Assembly: GCA_021800275.1 (NCBI GenBank)
Contig: JAJYZB010000004.1
Span: 83,634 to 147,633 of the forward strand
Origin: a bacterium
GTDB lineage: Bacteria > Vulcanimicrobiota > JABDET01
Direction of reading: 5' to 3'
Length of the DNA stretch: 64,000 bases
The notes beneath the pieces were generated by a model that was not told the origin of the DNA, did no database searches, and saw nothing but the letters and a program-made list of their open reading frames with translations. This document shows, piece after piece, positions 37,950 through 46,109 of this stretch. The position numbers and the translations under genes were made by a program. The first letter of the stretch is position 1; each line of letters begins with the position of its first letter.

Positions 37950-39049
37950 AGTTTCACGTAAAAATTTCCTGGCAGCCTGGAAACAAAACCTTTCATTTCT
38001 AGGGAAGCCAGAATGGCTGAAAGTTTTGAAACTGGAAGTTCTAATTGACAAACCAGGTCTTCAATACATACCCCCTCTTTTGCACTCAACATCTGCAAAA
38101 CTGTTTTTGCCATTTTTTCCTGAGGCATTTTCTCCCTCTCTTTTAATAAGCTATCCGAAGATTTTAAATTTAACACCGAAATGACCTGCAGAGGAAATTC
38201 TTCAAGGATATCTCTGATCTCCTGCACCAGCTTCCCTCCTGACTGAATTAACTGGTTGGTTCCTTTCGATAAGTCACTGCCAGGAGCTCCAGGAATCGCA
38301 AACACTCCTCTGCCTTGTTCAAGAGCAAATTGAGCGGTAATAAGGGCGCCGCTTTTCTCCCCTGCTTCAACCACTAAAACTCCTATTGACAGTCCACTAA
38401 TGATCCGATTTCTTTGAGGAAAATGCCAGGGACTTGGGAGTGTCCCGGGAGGGAACTCGCTCAAAACCACCCCCTGTCTTTTAATTCTTTCGGAAAGGTT
38501 CTGATTTTCAGGTGGATAAATCTGGTCAATTCCACTGCCTAAAACAGCGGCTGTTTCTCCTGACTTTAAACTGCCTTCATGGGCAGCCTGATCAATCCCT
38601 CGGGCTAGTCCGCTCACAATAGTAATTCCCAAACCAGCCAGGGTTTCCGATAGTTTAGCAGCCTGCAGCTTTCCGCAAGGACTTGCCTGTCTAGAACCAA
38701 CAATCGCAAAACAAATCTTATTTAAACATTTTAAATTTCCCTGATAAAATAAAACAGGAGGAGGATCAGGAATTTCCTTTAAGGCTTGGGGATACTCTAA
38801 ATCCTGTAATGCTGCCAAACCAATTCCAGACCTCTTAAATTTCATCCAAGAACTTTGAAGGTCATATTTCTCCTTAAAAGCGAAAAAATCCTTAATCTTT
38901 TCAGCCCTTAACCCTGACTGTCTTATCCATGATTCAAAAGAAGCATTCCAAATATTCTGCGGGGTTTTAAAAACCTGCAGAAGTTTTAAAAAAGCGCGAG
39001 GCAGAAAGCCAAAATCACTCAATGCTAAAAAGTAAGCCTTTTCTTCCAT
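37946..39049 (-). CDS. dprA: DNA processing protein DprA (Smf)
   Basis: Rossmann-like core IVGSRQASPCG, SGLARGID, VVVEAGEKSGALITA, plus a C-terminal winged-helix-like tail. Start is ATG 39049 or 39103. Confidence 0.85.
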   Translation of the reverse strand: MEEKAYFLALSDFGFLPRAFLKLLQVFKTPQNIWNASFESWIRQSGLRAEKIKDFFAFKEKYDLQSSWMKFKRSGIGLAALQDLEYPQALKEIPDPPPVLFYQGNLKCLNKICFAIVGSRQASPCGKLQAAKLSETLAGLGITIVSGLARGIDQAAHEGSLKSGETAAVLGSGIDQIYPPENQNLSERIKRQGVVLSEFPPGTLPSPWHFPQRNRIISGLSIGVLVVEAGEKSGALITAQFALEQGRGVFAIPGAPGSDLSKGTNQLIQSGGKLVQEIRDILEEFPLQVISVLNLKSSDSLLKEREKMPQEKMAKTVLQMLSAKEGVCIEDLVCQLELPVSKLSAILASLEMKGFVSRLPGNFYVKL

Positions 39050-39127
39050 CCTGTCGAATAGAATAGCAGGTTTAAAGAGGAATGTCAATAAAATGGATGT
39101 CAAAACAGATGTAGAAAAAGAGGAAGA

Positions 39128-40897
39128 ATGAAATTGAAAGAAAAAAGCCCTTATTTTTTGATCTTATTTTATACTTTAAGGTTTGGATGTCTGGGTGTGG
39201 GATTTTTGCTTCTGACTCTTCCTACTTTGAATGCATCATTTTCAGGACTTTTTGTTATTTCTCTTCTTTCTTACGAGTTGATCGTTTCTCTTTTTCAAGG
39301 AAAACTTAAAACAAACTTAGGGTATTTTATTACAGGACTGGATATTGTCTCTGGAATTTTGCTGCTGAAACTTTTCAAAGCTCCATTTTTTCTTCTGTCA
39401 GTCTTTTTCCCTGTTCTTGAAGGTTTTTATATTTCTGCTGCTGTAGGCAGCATCGTGAGCATTTTGGAATTGATAGGAATTCTCATCTACGTCATTCCTA
39501 TCCTGGTAAATTTCACCGCAGCATCAGAATCAGCAAGAGGGCTTTCTCTACACCTGATCATTGTGCAAACAGCTTTAGGAGTCATCCTTCTCATTCTTTT
39601 TCTTTTAACTCAAGCTCAAGAGCAAGAAACCCTGGAAACAGAAGAAAAACGAGAAAAAGAAATACAAATATGGAAGCTTGAAGTAAAAAAAGCCGAAACA
39701 GAAATAGAAAGACTTTTCAGAGAACTTTTTGATGCAAAGAAAGAAGCAGAGGGACTTCGCATTCACTCCCAGACTTCTCTTAATCAAGAAAGAGAAGACT
39801 CCCAGGCCATGATGACCAATCTGCAGGAACAAGCAGAAGCCACTGCATCCAGGCTGAATGACCTCACCCAAGAACTGGAAAATATCCAGAAAGAGAGAGA
39901 AAATTTAATTTTTTTGCTGGAGACCTCAGGAGAAATGCACAAAAGTTTAGTCCTGGAAGAGACTCTAGTGACCGCAGTAGAAACCATTGAAAAAGCGGTA
40001 TCTTCTCAAACCTGTGTGGTCTTTCTGTGCGAAAATCAGAATGGGGAAGAAAAAATATATGCTGAGGTTGCTGCCAGCATTCATTCAGACTACTTTAGAA
40101 ATTATAGTGTCTCTTACGGGGAGGGGATTGTGGGATGGGTGGCGCAAGAGAAAGAACCGGCAGTTATTGAGAATGGATCCCTGTTAACAACAGATGGACA
40201 CGAATTAACAACCCTGATTCCCAGCGAAAAATCAGCCATCACTGCTCCCATGCTAAAAAAAGATAATACTTTATTAGGAGTTATCTATTTAGGACAGGCA
40301 GAACCAAAAGCTTACTCCTGGCAGGATGTCAATGTGATTCTAAAATTCATTCCCCACATTCAAAATGCCATAGCAAAAGCCAAACAATATCATGAGGCAG
40401 TCTCACAAGGAATTCTAGACCCTATGACAGGGCTTTACAACAGAGTTTATTTTGAAGAAAGGCTCTCTGAAGAGATAAAAAGAGCCTATCGCTACAATCT
40501 TCCTTTAACCCTGATCTATTTGAAAATTGACAACTGGAAAGAAAAAAATATAAAGGAATCTGATATTCAATCCGTTCTAACTGAGATAGGAGAATTTTTA
40601 AAAGGGTACCTGCGAGATGTAGATGTTCTAGCCCAAATCACTGAAGGAAAATTTGCCATTATTTTGTTACAGGCAGAAAGGAACAATGCAGTCCTCATTG
40701 CTGACAGAATTCGTTTGGCCGTGCAGATGCGGGTATTTGGAGAAGGAATAAAACAAAAACTCCACTTGACTGTCAGCATTGGTGTCTCTGCTTATCCTAA
40801 AGATGCCCAGTACAAATCAGACCTCATGACAAAATGCGAAAAGGGACTGGAACAGGCTGCTGCCCAGGGGGGAAACAGAACCATTATAGGCGGATAG
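39128..40897 (+). CDS. membrane protein with coiled coil, GAF and degenerate GGDEF domain
   Basis: Five to six predicted TM helices, a Glu/Lys-rich coiled coil and a GAF-like region. The GGDEF fold (DPMTGLYNRVYFEE) has the active-site position reading TEGKF instead of GG(D/E)EF. Confidence 0.75.
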   Translation: MKLKEKSPYFLILFYTLRFGCLGVGFLLLTLPTLNASFSGLFVISLLSYELIVSLFQGKLKTNLGYFITGLDIVSGILLLKLFKAPFFLLSVFFPVLEGFYISAAVGSIVSILELIGILIYVIPILVNFTAASESARGLSLHLIIVQTALGVILLILFLLTQAQEQETLETEEKREKEIQIWKLEVKKAETEIERLFRELFDAKKEAEGLRIHSQTSLNQEREDSQAMMTNLQEQAEATASRLNDLTQELENIQKERENLIFLLETSGEMHKSLVLEETLVTAVETIEKAVSSQTCVVFLCENQNGEEKIYAEVAASIHSDYFRNYSVSYGEGIVGWVAQEKEPAVIENGSLLTTDGHELTTLIPSEKSAITAPMLKKDNTLLGVIYLGQAEPKAYSWQDVNVILKFIPHIQNAIAKAKQYHEAVSQGILDPMTGLYNRVYFEERLSEEIKRAYRYNLPLTLIYLKIDNWKEKNIKESDIQSVLTEIGEFLKGYLRDVDVLAQITEGKFAIILLQAERNNAVLIADRIRLAVQMRVFGEGIKQKLHLTVSIGVSAYPKDAQYKSDLMTKCEKGLEQAAAQGGNRTIIGG

Positions 40898-40946
40898 AGC
40901 GTCTCAATCTTGACAAAATATGATATAATAATATTGAGTTCACTTT

Positions 40947-42065
40947 ATGAATTTTTCTGAAAGACCTATCTTAGTTTTCTGGGAATCTACCAGAGCATGC
41001 CTTTTAGCTTGTAAACACTGTAGAGCAGAAGCTATCAAGGAATCTCTTCCAGGAACTCTTTCCCACCCTCAAGCTGCTGATTTTATTAAAAGCCTTATTC
41101 AGTTTAAAAAGCCTTTCCCAATCCTCGTGATAACAGGAGGAGACCCTTTGATGAGAGACGACATTCTTGACTTAGTGAATCTTGCCCGAGATCTCGAAAT
41201 ACCAGTCGCATTATCTCCTGCTGTCAGCCCCAAATTTGACCCCAACCTTTTTATCACTTTCAAAAAATTAGGAGTAAAAGCTCTTTCTATCAGTTTAGAC
41301 GGAGCCCATGAAAAAACCCATGACAAGGTCCGTGGAGTTCCTGGGCATTTTCAGCAAACCATGGAAATGATCAAGTTTCTGGTTTCTCAAGGATTCTCTC
41401 TACAAATTAATACCACAGTCATGAGAGAAAACGTGGAAGAAATGGCTGATCTCGCCCATCTTCTAAAAACGCTTAAAGTTTCTATCTGGGAGGTTTTTTT
41501 CTTAATCCAAACGGGAAGAGGAAAAGCCGTGAATCCAATTTCTCCTGAAGAACATGAGGAAGTCTGCCACTTTCTGGTGGATGTTTCTTATTATGGAATC
41601 ATCGTCAGAACAGTAGAAGCTCCTTTTTTTAGGCGAGTGGTGGACTGGAGAAAAACAAAAGACAAATCAGAGTACTACCCTTCGCCTGGACCTCTTTACC
41701 AAAAACTTTCTAAAAAACTGGCTGTGTTTTTGGGGGAGCGCGGAGCAACTTGTTTAGCTCAAACTCAAGGAACTAGAGATGGAAATGGGATTATTTTTGT
41801 CGGTTACAATGGAGATATTTATCCCGCAGGATTTCTTCCTTTCCCCCTTGGAAACGTCAAAGAAAATCCCCTTCAGAAAATTTACTCTGAATCCTCCCTT
41901 TTAAAAGCCATTCGAAACGGAGATTTTACGGGAAAATGCGGGCTCTGCGACTATAAAACGATCTGCGGTGGATCAAGGGCAAGAGCTTATACGGTTTCCA
42001 ATGACCCCCTTGGAGAAGATCCAGCATGCCCCTATCTCCCAAATCCAAATTTGATAAAAAAATAG
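40947..42065 (+). CDS. radical SAM protein with SPASM-type C-terminal Cys cluster
   Basis: CxxxCxxC at CLLACKHC. C-terminal GKCGLCDYKTICGGSRARAY ... ACPY auxiliary cluster motif; 372 aa. Confidence 0.8.
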   Translation: MNFSERPILVFWESTRACLLACKHCRAEAIKESLPGTLSHPQAADFIKSLIQFKKPFPILVITGGDPLMRDDILDLVNLARDLEIPVALSPAVSPKFDPNLFITFKKLGVKALSISLDGAHEKTHDKVRGVPGHFQQTMEMIKFLVSQGFSLQINTTVMRENVEEMADLAHLLKTLKVSIWEVFFLIQTGRGKAVNPISPEEHEEVCHFLVDVSYYGIIVRTVEAPFFRRVVDWRKTKDKSEYYPSPGPLYQKLSKKLAVFLGERGATCLAQTQGTRDGNGIIFVGYNGDIYPAGFLPFPLGNVKENPLQKIYSESSLLKAIRNGDFTGKCGLCDYKTICGGSRARAYTVSNDPLGEDPACPYLPNPNLIKK

Positions 42066-42149
42066 AGCGGTGCACTTCTGCATCTAGCGACACCCATGAA
42101 TAATTCAAGATGGGAGAGCCTTTTTCTAAAAACGAAACTTGAAAAACTT

Positions 42150-42226
42150 TGGCGCGCCCGAAGGGACTCGAACCCCTAACCCTCAGATCCGAAGTCTGAT
42201 GCTCTATCCAATTGAGCTACGGGCGC
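42150..42226 (-). tRNA. tRNA-Arg (anticodon TCG), CCA encoded
   Basis: Reverse complement GCGCCCG-TA-GCTC-AATTGGATA-GAGC-A-TCAGA-CTTCGGA-TCTGA-GGGTT-AGGGG-TTCGAGT-CCCTT-CGGGCGC-G-CCA. Confidence 0.9.
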
Positions 42227-42249
42227 ACACTAAGTTCTCTCAAATTTTA

Positions 42250-42327
42250 TGGGGTGAGTGAAGGGACTTGAACCCTCAACCCTCGGAGCCACAGTCCGAT
42301 GCTCTAACCAGTTGAGCTACACCCACC
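42250..42327 (-). tRNA. tRNA-His (anticodon GTG) with encoded G-1 and CCA
   Basis: The reverse complement starts G-GTGGGTG, anticodon arm TCGGA-CTGTGGC-TCCGA, T arm GAGGG-TTCAAGT-CCCTT, 3' CACTCAC-C-CCA. The extra 5' G pairs with C73, as is typical of bacterial tRNA-His. Confidence 0.9.
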
Positions 42328-42384
42328 ATGTTTGGTTGTATAATTAAATAAAAAAAGCTCAAAACCTTGCACGCGGATAAAAAG

Positions 42385-43083
42385 CTAATGAACTTGAAAT
42401 TGATGGAGCAGTGGATTCAAATAGGTTCGGATCACCAGCCACACAATAATCATGAGGGGGACTCCTACAATCAAAAAATAAAGTAACACCTGAAGAAGAT
42501 AAGCAAGTGTCGTCTTCCAGGCAGGGACTCCCTGAGCTCTGCTTAAGGCAATAATCGAAATGACAGATGCCCAAAGCCACCCAAAATAAGGAACAGCATT
42601 CGGAGCAGCGCCGTATGCCAGAGCGCGAAGAGTTGCATAAAATCCTTTAGGAGCGGCTTTTACTATCAGCAAAACAATTTGAAGAAAAACAGCAGATATC
42701 AACAAATCCACGAGCAGAGTAACAGGAGACATGAAAAAAGAAACCCATTTCATTTCAGTTAAAAATGAAGGGATAAGACCAAGATAAGGTCCCCACTTCC
42801 CCATCAGCGGGGCCGATTCAGCAATTTTTTTCTGCAGCAAACGATGAACAACAGAATTGTATCCTTCAAACGGCAGTCCTATTAAAAAATTGATGACAAC
42901 ACCGATAACTCCCACGACAACATAAAAGCCAAGAGCTGCCACCGTATTTTCCGATTCTCCGACAGCTTTAAAAAATGAATTAGGGTAACAAGAAGCTAAA
43001 ACCCAGGTTTCCCACAGGCTCCTCCAAAAGCCTTTTACTCTCCAATTCTCAAATGGAATTTCTGCTGAAATTTTAGCCTTCAT
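42385..43083 (-). CDS. Yip1-like multi-pass membrane protein
   Basis: N-terminal motif IPFENWRVKGFWRSLWETWVLASCYP followed by about five TM helices. Paralog of the upstream gene. Confidence 0.55.
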   Translation of the reverse strand: MKAKISAEIPFENWRVKGFWRSLWETWVLASCYPNSFFKAVGESENTVAALGFYVVVGVIGVVINFLIGLPFEGYNSVVHRLLQKKIAESAPLMGKWGPYLGLIPSFLTEMKWVSFFMSPVTLLVDLLISAVFLQIVLLIVKAAPKGFYATLRALAYGAAPNAVPYFGWLWASVISIIALSRAQGVPAWKTTLAYLLQVLLYFLIVGVPLMIIVWLVIRTYLNPLLHQFQVH

Positions 43084-43091
43084 CGAATCTC

Positions 43092-43892
43092 CTAAGGTTT
43101 AAATCCCGGTATATTGAAAAAATGAGCGGCCAGCAAAGTTGATAAACCCATGAGCACAACCAAGAAAAAACCAAGAAAAGGTACTCCCACAGCCAGAGCT
43201 GGCTTCCAGATCGAACTCTCCTGAGACTCGCTCAAGCCAATGATTTGAACGACTAAAGACCAGATCCATCCAATCAAATAAGGGATAATCGCTGGAGCAG
43301 AAGCATAAGCAATGGTGATAAGAGTTGTCTTAAATCCTTTCGGAACGCCATTTAAAACGGAAAGTAGAAAATAAACCACAGCGCTCCATAAAAAAAGTCC
43401 AGCCAGTAAAACAAAAGGATAAAAAAATAAAAGAGAAATCAACTGAAAAAGAATGAGAGAACCAGGATGGGAAGAGATCGAGCCTCCAAACTCCTTCATT
43501 ATAGAGTGAAGCATAGGGTTAGGAAACAAAAGGGACAAAAAAAATCCCAAAAAAGCTCCAAACATTTCCCAAATCAAAAAGAATAGAACAGCAGAGATAA
43601 TATTTTCTGTTTTGCCCACTAAGGGATAAAATTCTTTAGGATAAAAAGAAGCTTGAATCCAAGTTTCCAGCAGGCTCCTGAAAAATCCGCGAGTTTGCCA
43701 TTCTTCAAATGGAATTTTTCTTTCCGATCCAACCCCAGATCCTGTGGATGCTGCAAGAGAAGTTTGTTCAGGCAAATCTTGCGGCGGTTCAGGCATTTCC
43801 ACAGATTTTGACATTTCAAAAGATTTGCCGCAGCGATAACAATAAGCTGAATACTCGCTGGAAACCGCTTTGCACTGAGGGCATGCTTTCAT
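43092..43892 (-). CDS. zinc-ribbon plus Yip1-like multi-pass membrane protein
   Basis: MKACPQCKAVSSEYSAYCYRCG zinc ribbon, a linker, then IPFEEWQTRGFFRSLLETWIQASFYP and about five TM helices. ATG 43892 overlaps the upstream kinase's stop (ATGA). Confidence 0.55.
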   Translation of the reverse strand: MKACPQCKAVSSEYSAYCYRCGKSFEMSKSVEMPEPPQDLPEQTSLAASTGSGVGSERKIPFEEWQTRGFFRSLLETWIQASFYPKEFYPLVGKTENIISAVLFFLIWEMFGAFLGFFLSLLFPNPMLHSIMKEFGGSISSHPGSLILFQLISLLFFYPFVLLAGLFLWSAVVYFLLSVLNGVPKGFKTTLITIAYASAPAIIPYLIGWIWSLVVQIIGLSESQESSIWKPALAVGVPFLGFFLVVLMGLSTLLAAHFFNIPGFKP

Positions 43893-44977
43893 TTCTTTTT
43901 CCCTTTCTGCAAAACAAACCAAAAAGCTGCGCCTTGACCTGGTTTTGAGTCAACATGAATCTCCGAGCCATGCATATCTATCATCTTCTTTGCTATGTAA
44001 AGACCCAGTCCTGTTCCACCTTTTTCTCCTTTTCTTTGAGAAAACTTCTGAAAAAGCCTCTGCTTGTCTGTTTCTGAAATTCCAGAACCCTGATCGATCA
44101 CTTGAATAACGACCCCTTTTTCTTCTTCTTTAGCGTTTATTTCAACACTTTCCTCTTCGGGAGAAAATTTAATTGCATTCGATATAAGATTAATAAGGAC
44201 TTGTCTGACTTTTTCGAAATCACCATGAACCATAATACTGTTTTCACCTGAAAATTTCAAAACGATTTTCTTTTTTTGCGCAAGAGGCTGCATCATGGAA
44301 AATACTTCTTCCACCAATCGTTTAAAAAGAAAGTTTTCGGCTGCTAAGGGCATATTTCCCGAATCAATTCTCATGACATTCAACAAATTATTGACCAAAA
44401 AGAGCAGATTTCTAGAAGCCAAATCAATCGTTTTTAATGAATTTTTATCCTTTTCACTTTGATGATTGAGCAGCAGAATCTGAATATTCCCAATAATGGA
44501 GGTCAATGGTGTTTTTAAATCATGTGTAATCAATGAAAGGAACTCTTCTTTCATTTTGTGGATTTTTTCTCTTTCTAACAAGAGCTGATCGTAAAAATAT
44601 TTAATTCTAATTAAGCTTTCAACTCGGAAAATCATCTCTGTCTTTTCAACAGGCTTCATAATAATTTCATCTGCTCCTGACTCAATCGCCTCAAGCCTTT
44701 TATCTCTTTCGTTTTCAGGAACCATAAGAAGGATGCGCGCTGTTCTTATATCAGGAGAGATCTTAATCTGCCTTGCCAGATCATATCCGTTAATTCCGGA
44801 AAGCATTGAATCAAGCAGGATCAAATCTGGCTTCTTTTCAAGAGCAATTCTTAAAGCTTCAAAACCGGAGTGAGATTCGATGACAGTGTATGGGAGCGCG
44901 TATTCAATATCATATTTAAGTTGACTGCAGTTTTGAATATTAGAGTCTGCGAGAAGAATTATGTGCTGAACATCCAT
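43889..44977 (-). CDS. hybrid receiver - histidine kinase
   Basis: N-terminal receiver (ILLADSN, LILLDSMLSGINGY, K in IMKPV), H-box ITHDLKTPLTSIIGN, HATPase motifs LISNAIKFSP, DQGSGI, GTGLGL; 362 aa. Confidence 0.85.
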   Translation of the reverse strand: MDVQHIILLADSNIQNCSQLKYDIEYALPYTVIESHSGFEALRIALEKKPDLILLDSMLSGINGYDLARQIKISPDIRTARILLMVPENERDKRLEAIESGADEIIMKPVEKTEMIFRVESLIRIKYFYDQLLLEREKIHKMKEEFLSLITHDLKTPLTSIIGNIQILLLNHQSEKDKNSLKTIDLASRNLLFLVNNLLNVMRIDSGNMPLAAENFLFKRLVEEVFSMMQPLAQKKKIVLKFSGENSIMVHGDFEKVRQVLINLISNAIKFSPEEESVEINAKEEEKGVVIQVIDQGSGISETDKQRLFQKFSQRKGEKGGTGLGLYIAKKMIDMHGSEIHVDSKPGQGAAFWFVLQKGKKK

Positions 44978-45048
44978 CCTTTAAAAATTCGGAAAGCAGC
45001 CATTATTTACCCTTTTTGTTCGGCAAAAAACTCTTTAATTGAGATGCT

Positions 45049-45921
45049 TTATGCGGCTTTACCCTCTTCTTTTTCCGATCCTTTTACTGCAGGCGATTTT
45101 TTCGCAGGCTGTTTTTCTTCAATAAGAGGTTCTTTACCTTGAAAAACTCGTTCAGAAAGCGAAGTAGCAGACTGCATGTTCATATACTTATTAAGCCTTT
45201 CGGAAAAAGTACTGCCATTGATCGGATCAGAAAGATTAATCCCCGCTTTTGCGGCATGAAATCCAAGAGAGGCAACGTGTCCCCAGATGGAATACCCTAA
45301 AAGAGTTGGAGCAATAGCAGCAAGAGGAGGAAATCCAACAGCAGCTCCTGCTAGAGCGACTGCGGTGGCAACATCTAATCCCCAATGCCCGCCATCCACA
45401 GCAATCGAAGCTAAATTTTTAATGGTTAAAGCATTTTTCCAACTTTTCTCTGCAGGGTTATCTGGAGAAAGGCGCGCCAATTTTACAGTATTCATAAATT
45501 TAATACCATCTAAAATAGGAGCAGCAACAGCTTCAAAAGGGGCATACGCCAATTTAAATGGAGCAGCTAACCACTGCATATTGGAAAAGAAATTAAAAGC
45601 TCCATAGAGAGCTCCTCCTGAAGCAGCCACTGGATCTGTTCCTAGAGAAAGATTAATCAATGAAGTTCCACCGGTTGCAACAGTTTTGAACGCGTCAATC
45701 ACATTCCCTTTTAACATGGGATACGCATTAAAAGCTGTTTTTTCGACTTCAATCGTTTTACCATTGGGGAGTTTTATAATTGCTTTTTCGCCCGATTTTA
45801 CGCCGGAAACCAAATTATTAAGATCGACAGACTCAGAACTGCCTATTTCTGGGCACCCAGTTTCTCCAATCTTCCCACCAACCTGAACAGGGGGGGCAAC
45901 TTTAACATCTCCAACCATCAT
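45049..45921 (-). CDS. hypothetical protein with central Gly/Ala-rich hydrophobic hairpin
   Basis: 290 aa with no signal peptide. Segment GLDVATAVALAGAAVGFPPLAAIAPTLLGYSIWGHVASLGF looks like two adjacent hydrophobic helices. Lys/Glu-rich tail. No family recognised. Confidence 0.5.
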   Translation of the reverse strand: MMVGDVKVAPPVQVGGKIGETGCPEIGSSESVDLNNLVSGVKSGEKAIIKLPNGKTIEVEKTAFNAYPMLKGNVIDAFKTVATGGTSLINLSLGTDPVAASGGALYGAFNFFSNMQWLAAPFKLAYAPFEAVAAPILDGIKFMNTVKLARLSPDNPAEKSWKNALTIKNLASIAVDGGHWGLDVATAVALAGAAVGFPPLAAIAPTLLGYSIWGHVASLGFHAAKAGINLSDPINGSTFSERLNKYMNMQSATSLSERVFQGKEPLIEEKQPAKKSPAVKGSEKEEGKAA

Positions 45922-46109
45922 GACGTCCTCCTTCGTGCTGCAATCTTAAATCTATCTTTAATCATATAGGCTGTAAGCAAATAGATCAAGGGAGAGCATG
46001 TAACAAAATTGTAAATTCTAAGGATCTATCCGAGATCAGATCCAAAAATTCATATTGAGTTCACATTTCACAACTTAACAAACAACGCGGCTTTTGTTAC
46101 AGTGAACCC

